A model generated the notes under the pieces. It did not search any database. It was given only the letters and a program-made list of their open reading frames with translations, and had not been told where the DNA came from. 42,709 nucleotides of DNA from a virus (Duplodnaviria; Caudoviricetes), in the IMG/VR virus record IMGVR_UViG_3300049828_000234, positions 1-42,709 of that record, one strand, 5' to 3'. Positions within the stretch are counted from its first letter, which is position 1. Each line of letters starts with the position of its first letter. A program made the translations under genes and the position numbers. Below are positions 41,688 to 42,709 of the stretch, one piece after another.

Positions 41688-42478
41688 ACTTTTTCAAGCT
41701 CTACATCGGCGATTACCAGCGCGACACGGCGCACCTGTCCGTGACCGAGCACGGCGCGTATCTGCTGATGCTTCAGCACTACTACGCCACGGAGAAGCCG
41801 CTACCGATCGGCAAGGCGCTGCACCGCATGCTGCGGGCGCAAGACAGGGCAGAGCGCGAGGCGATCGACGTGATTGCCGGCCAATACTGGCGCACGACTG
41901 ACGCAGGATTGGTCAACGACCGGGCAGACGCTGAGATAGGCAAAGCGTCAGCCCAGGCTGATACGAATCGTGGCATCGCTCAAGCACGAGAGGCAGCACG
42001 AAAGGCAAAACGAAAACCAAACGAACGGAGCACGAATCGTGCAACGATCGATCAACCTAACCATAGCCAGACACCAGACACCAGACTAGAAACAGCTAAC
42101 GCTGTTTCTGCGCGCGCTGGAATCGGTCAGGCCCTAAAACGCGCCGGCATCGACCTGCTGCGGATCAACCTCGACGACCCCAGGCTGGCGGCTTTGCTAG
42201 ATCAGGGTGCCACGCCGGCCGAGTTCGAGGGCATAGGCCGCGAGGCGGTGGAGCGGGGCATTGCCAAGCCGATCGGCTGGATCTGCGCCACCCTTGCCGG
42301 AAGGCGGGAACAGGCCGCAGCCATCGGCCTTGCGCCGGCCGTAGCCCAGGCCAACGGCGCCCAGGCCATCGAGCAAACGCAGGCCTACCTCGCATCGCAG
42401 CAGCTCACGCCGGAGCAAAAGCTCGCCGCAGACGAGGCCAGGCGGGCCGCTATGGCGTCTCGGAGGGCCGCGGCATGA
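41684..42478 (+). CDS. YdaU/DUF1376-family replication initiator, variant B
   Basis: (V)NFFKLYIGDYQRDTAHLSVTEHGAYLLMLQHYYATEKPLP...NDRADAEI; position after cro. Confidence 0.8.
   Translation: MNFFKLYIGDYQRDTAHLSVTEHGAYLLMLQHYYATEKPLPIGKALHRMLRAQDRAEREAIDVIAGQYWRTTDAGLVNDRADAEIGKASAQADTNRGIAQAREAARKAKRKPNERSTNRATIDQPNHSQTPDTRLETANAVSARAGIGQALKRAGIDLLRINLDDPRLAALLDQGATPAEFEGIGREAVERGIAKPIGWICATLAGRREQAAAIGLAPAVAQANGAQAIEQTQAYLASQQLTPEQKLAADEARRAAMASRRAAA
41961..42090 (+). repeat. Iteron-like/A-rich repeats in initiator B linker (candidate origin)
   Basis: acgaatcgtg x2, an A-rich tract, and ccagacaccagacaccagac. Confidence 0.5.
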
Positions 42479-42709
42479 GCAACCTGCAGAAAGCCCGCGA
42501 CGCGCGCATAGGCCTCGATGGCTATTGCGCCATCCTTGCCAGCATCATCAGAAACCCGCAGACCGCGGCGCAGCTGGCCGAGCGCTTTAGGATTTTTCCT
42601 AGGACGATGTACTGGATCTGCAACAGCCTGTTCCGCTCTGGACTTATCCACAGGCGCGAATGGGTCAAGCCAGGCCCGCGGCAAAAGTACATGCCGGTGT
42701 GGGCCTGGG
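42475..42709 (+). CDS. 5' part of a second allele of gene 1240-1881 (truncated by window end)
   Basis: MSNLQKARDARIGLDG..., one amino-acid difference (K5Q) from copy 1. Confidence 0.9.
   Translation, partial: MSNLQKARDARIGLDGYCAILASIIRNPQTAAQLAERFRIFPRTMYWICNSLFRSGLIHRREWVKPGPRQKYMPVWAW

Larger units (their letters stand above)
1348..42582. mobile_element. Complete circular(ly permuted) tailed phage genome, 41,235 bp, siphovirus-like, no integrase recognised
   Basis: Terminase, portal, scaffold, capsid, tail tube, chaperone frameshift and tape measure are all present and no sheath gene is seen. 42583-42709 is identical to 1348-1474, closing the circle. Confidence 0.9.

Noticed and set aside
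42422-42709. Biological direct terminal repeat or attL/attR
   Set aside because: The matching copy is internal (1187-1474), lies within coding sequence, and its identical part equals a typical assembler k-mer. No integrase or host genes flank it.

Overview
The window is an apparently complete tailed dsDNA phage genome, probably a siphovirus. It is GC-rich, and a betaproteobacterial host is my inference from gene content. The last 127 bp (42583-42709) are identical to 1348-1474, which closes a 41,235-bp circle. The first ~1.35 kb is an extra branch carrying a second, non-homologous replication module (HNH + initiator) that joins the circle through the same 3' end as the YdaU-type initiator at 41684-42478. 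Layout: replication, RusA, terminase and gpF genes (+); an inverted head-tail operon (5680-17945, -) that diverges from the portal and contains a lambda-type GGGAAAG frameshift; a ~12-kb accessory structural cluster after the portal (+); two membrane proteins; a leftward early operon (RecE/HNH/RecT, SNF2 helicase-MTase fusion, MazG); and mirror-image divergent promoters next to a single Cro-like gene. I recognise no integrase, CI repressor or endolysin. Best candidate for a new system: a peptide-docking ('beads on a string') virion fibre kit. One 21-24 aa motif occurs ~29 times in an 840-aa scaffold, once at the C-terminus of the putative tail terminator and once or twice in a small adaptor. 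It sits beside small beta-rich subunits and three signal-peptide-bearing, carbohydrate-active-like proteins. All functional calls come from motif recognition by eye; no database search was run.
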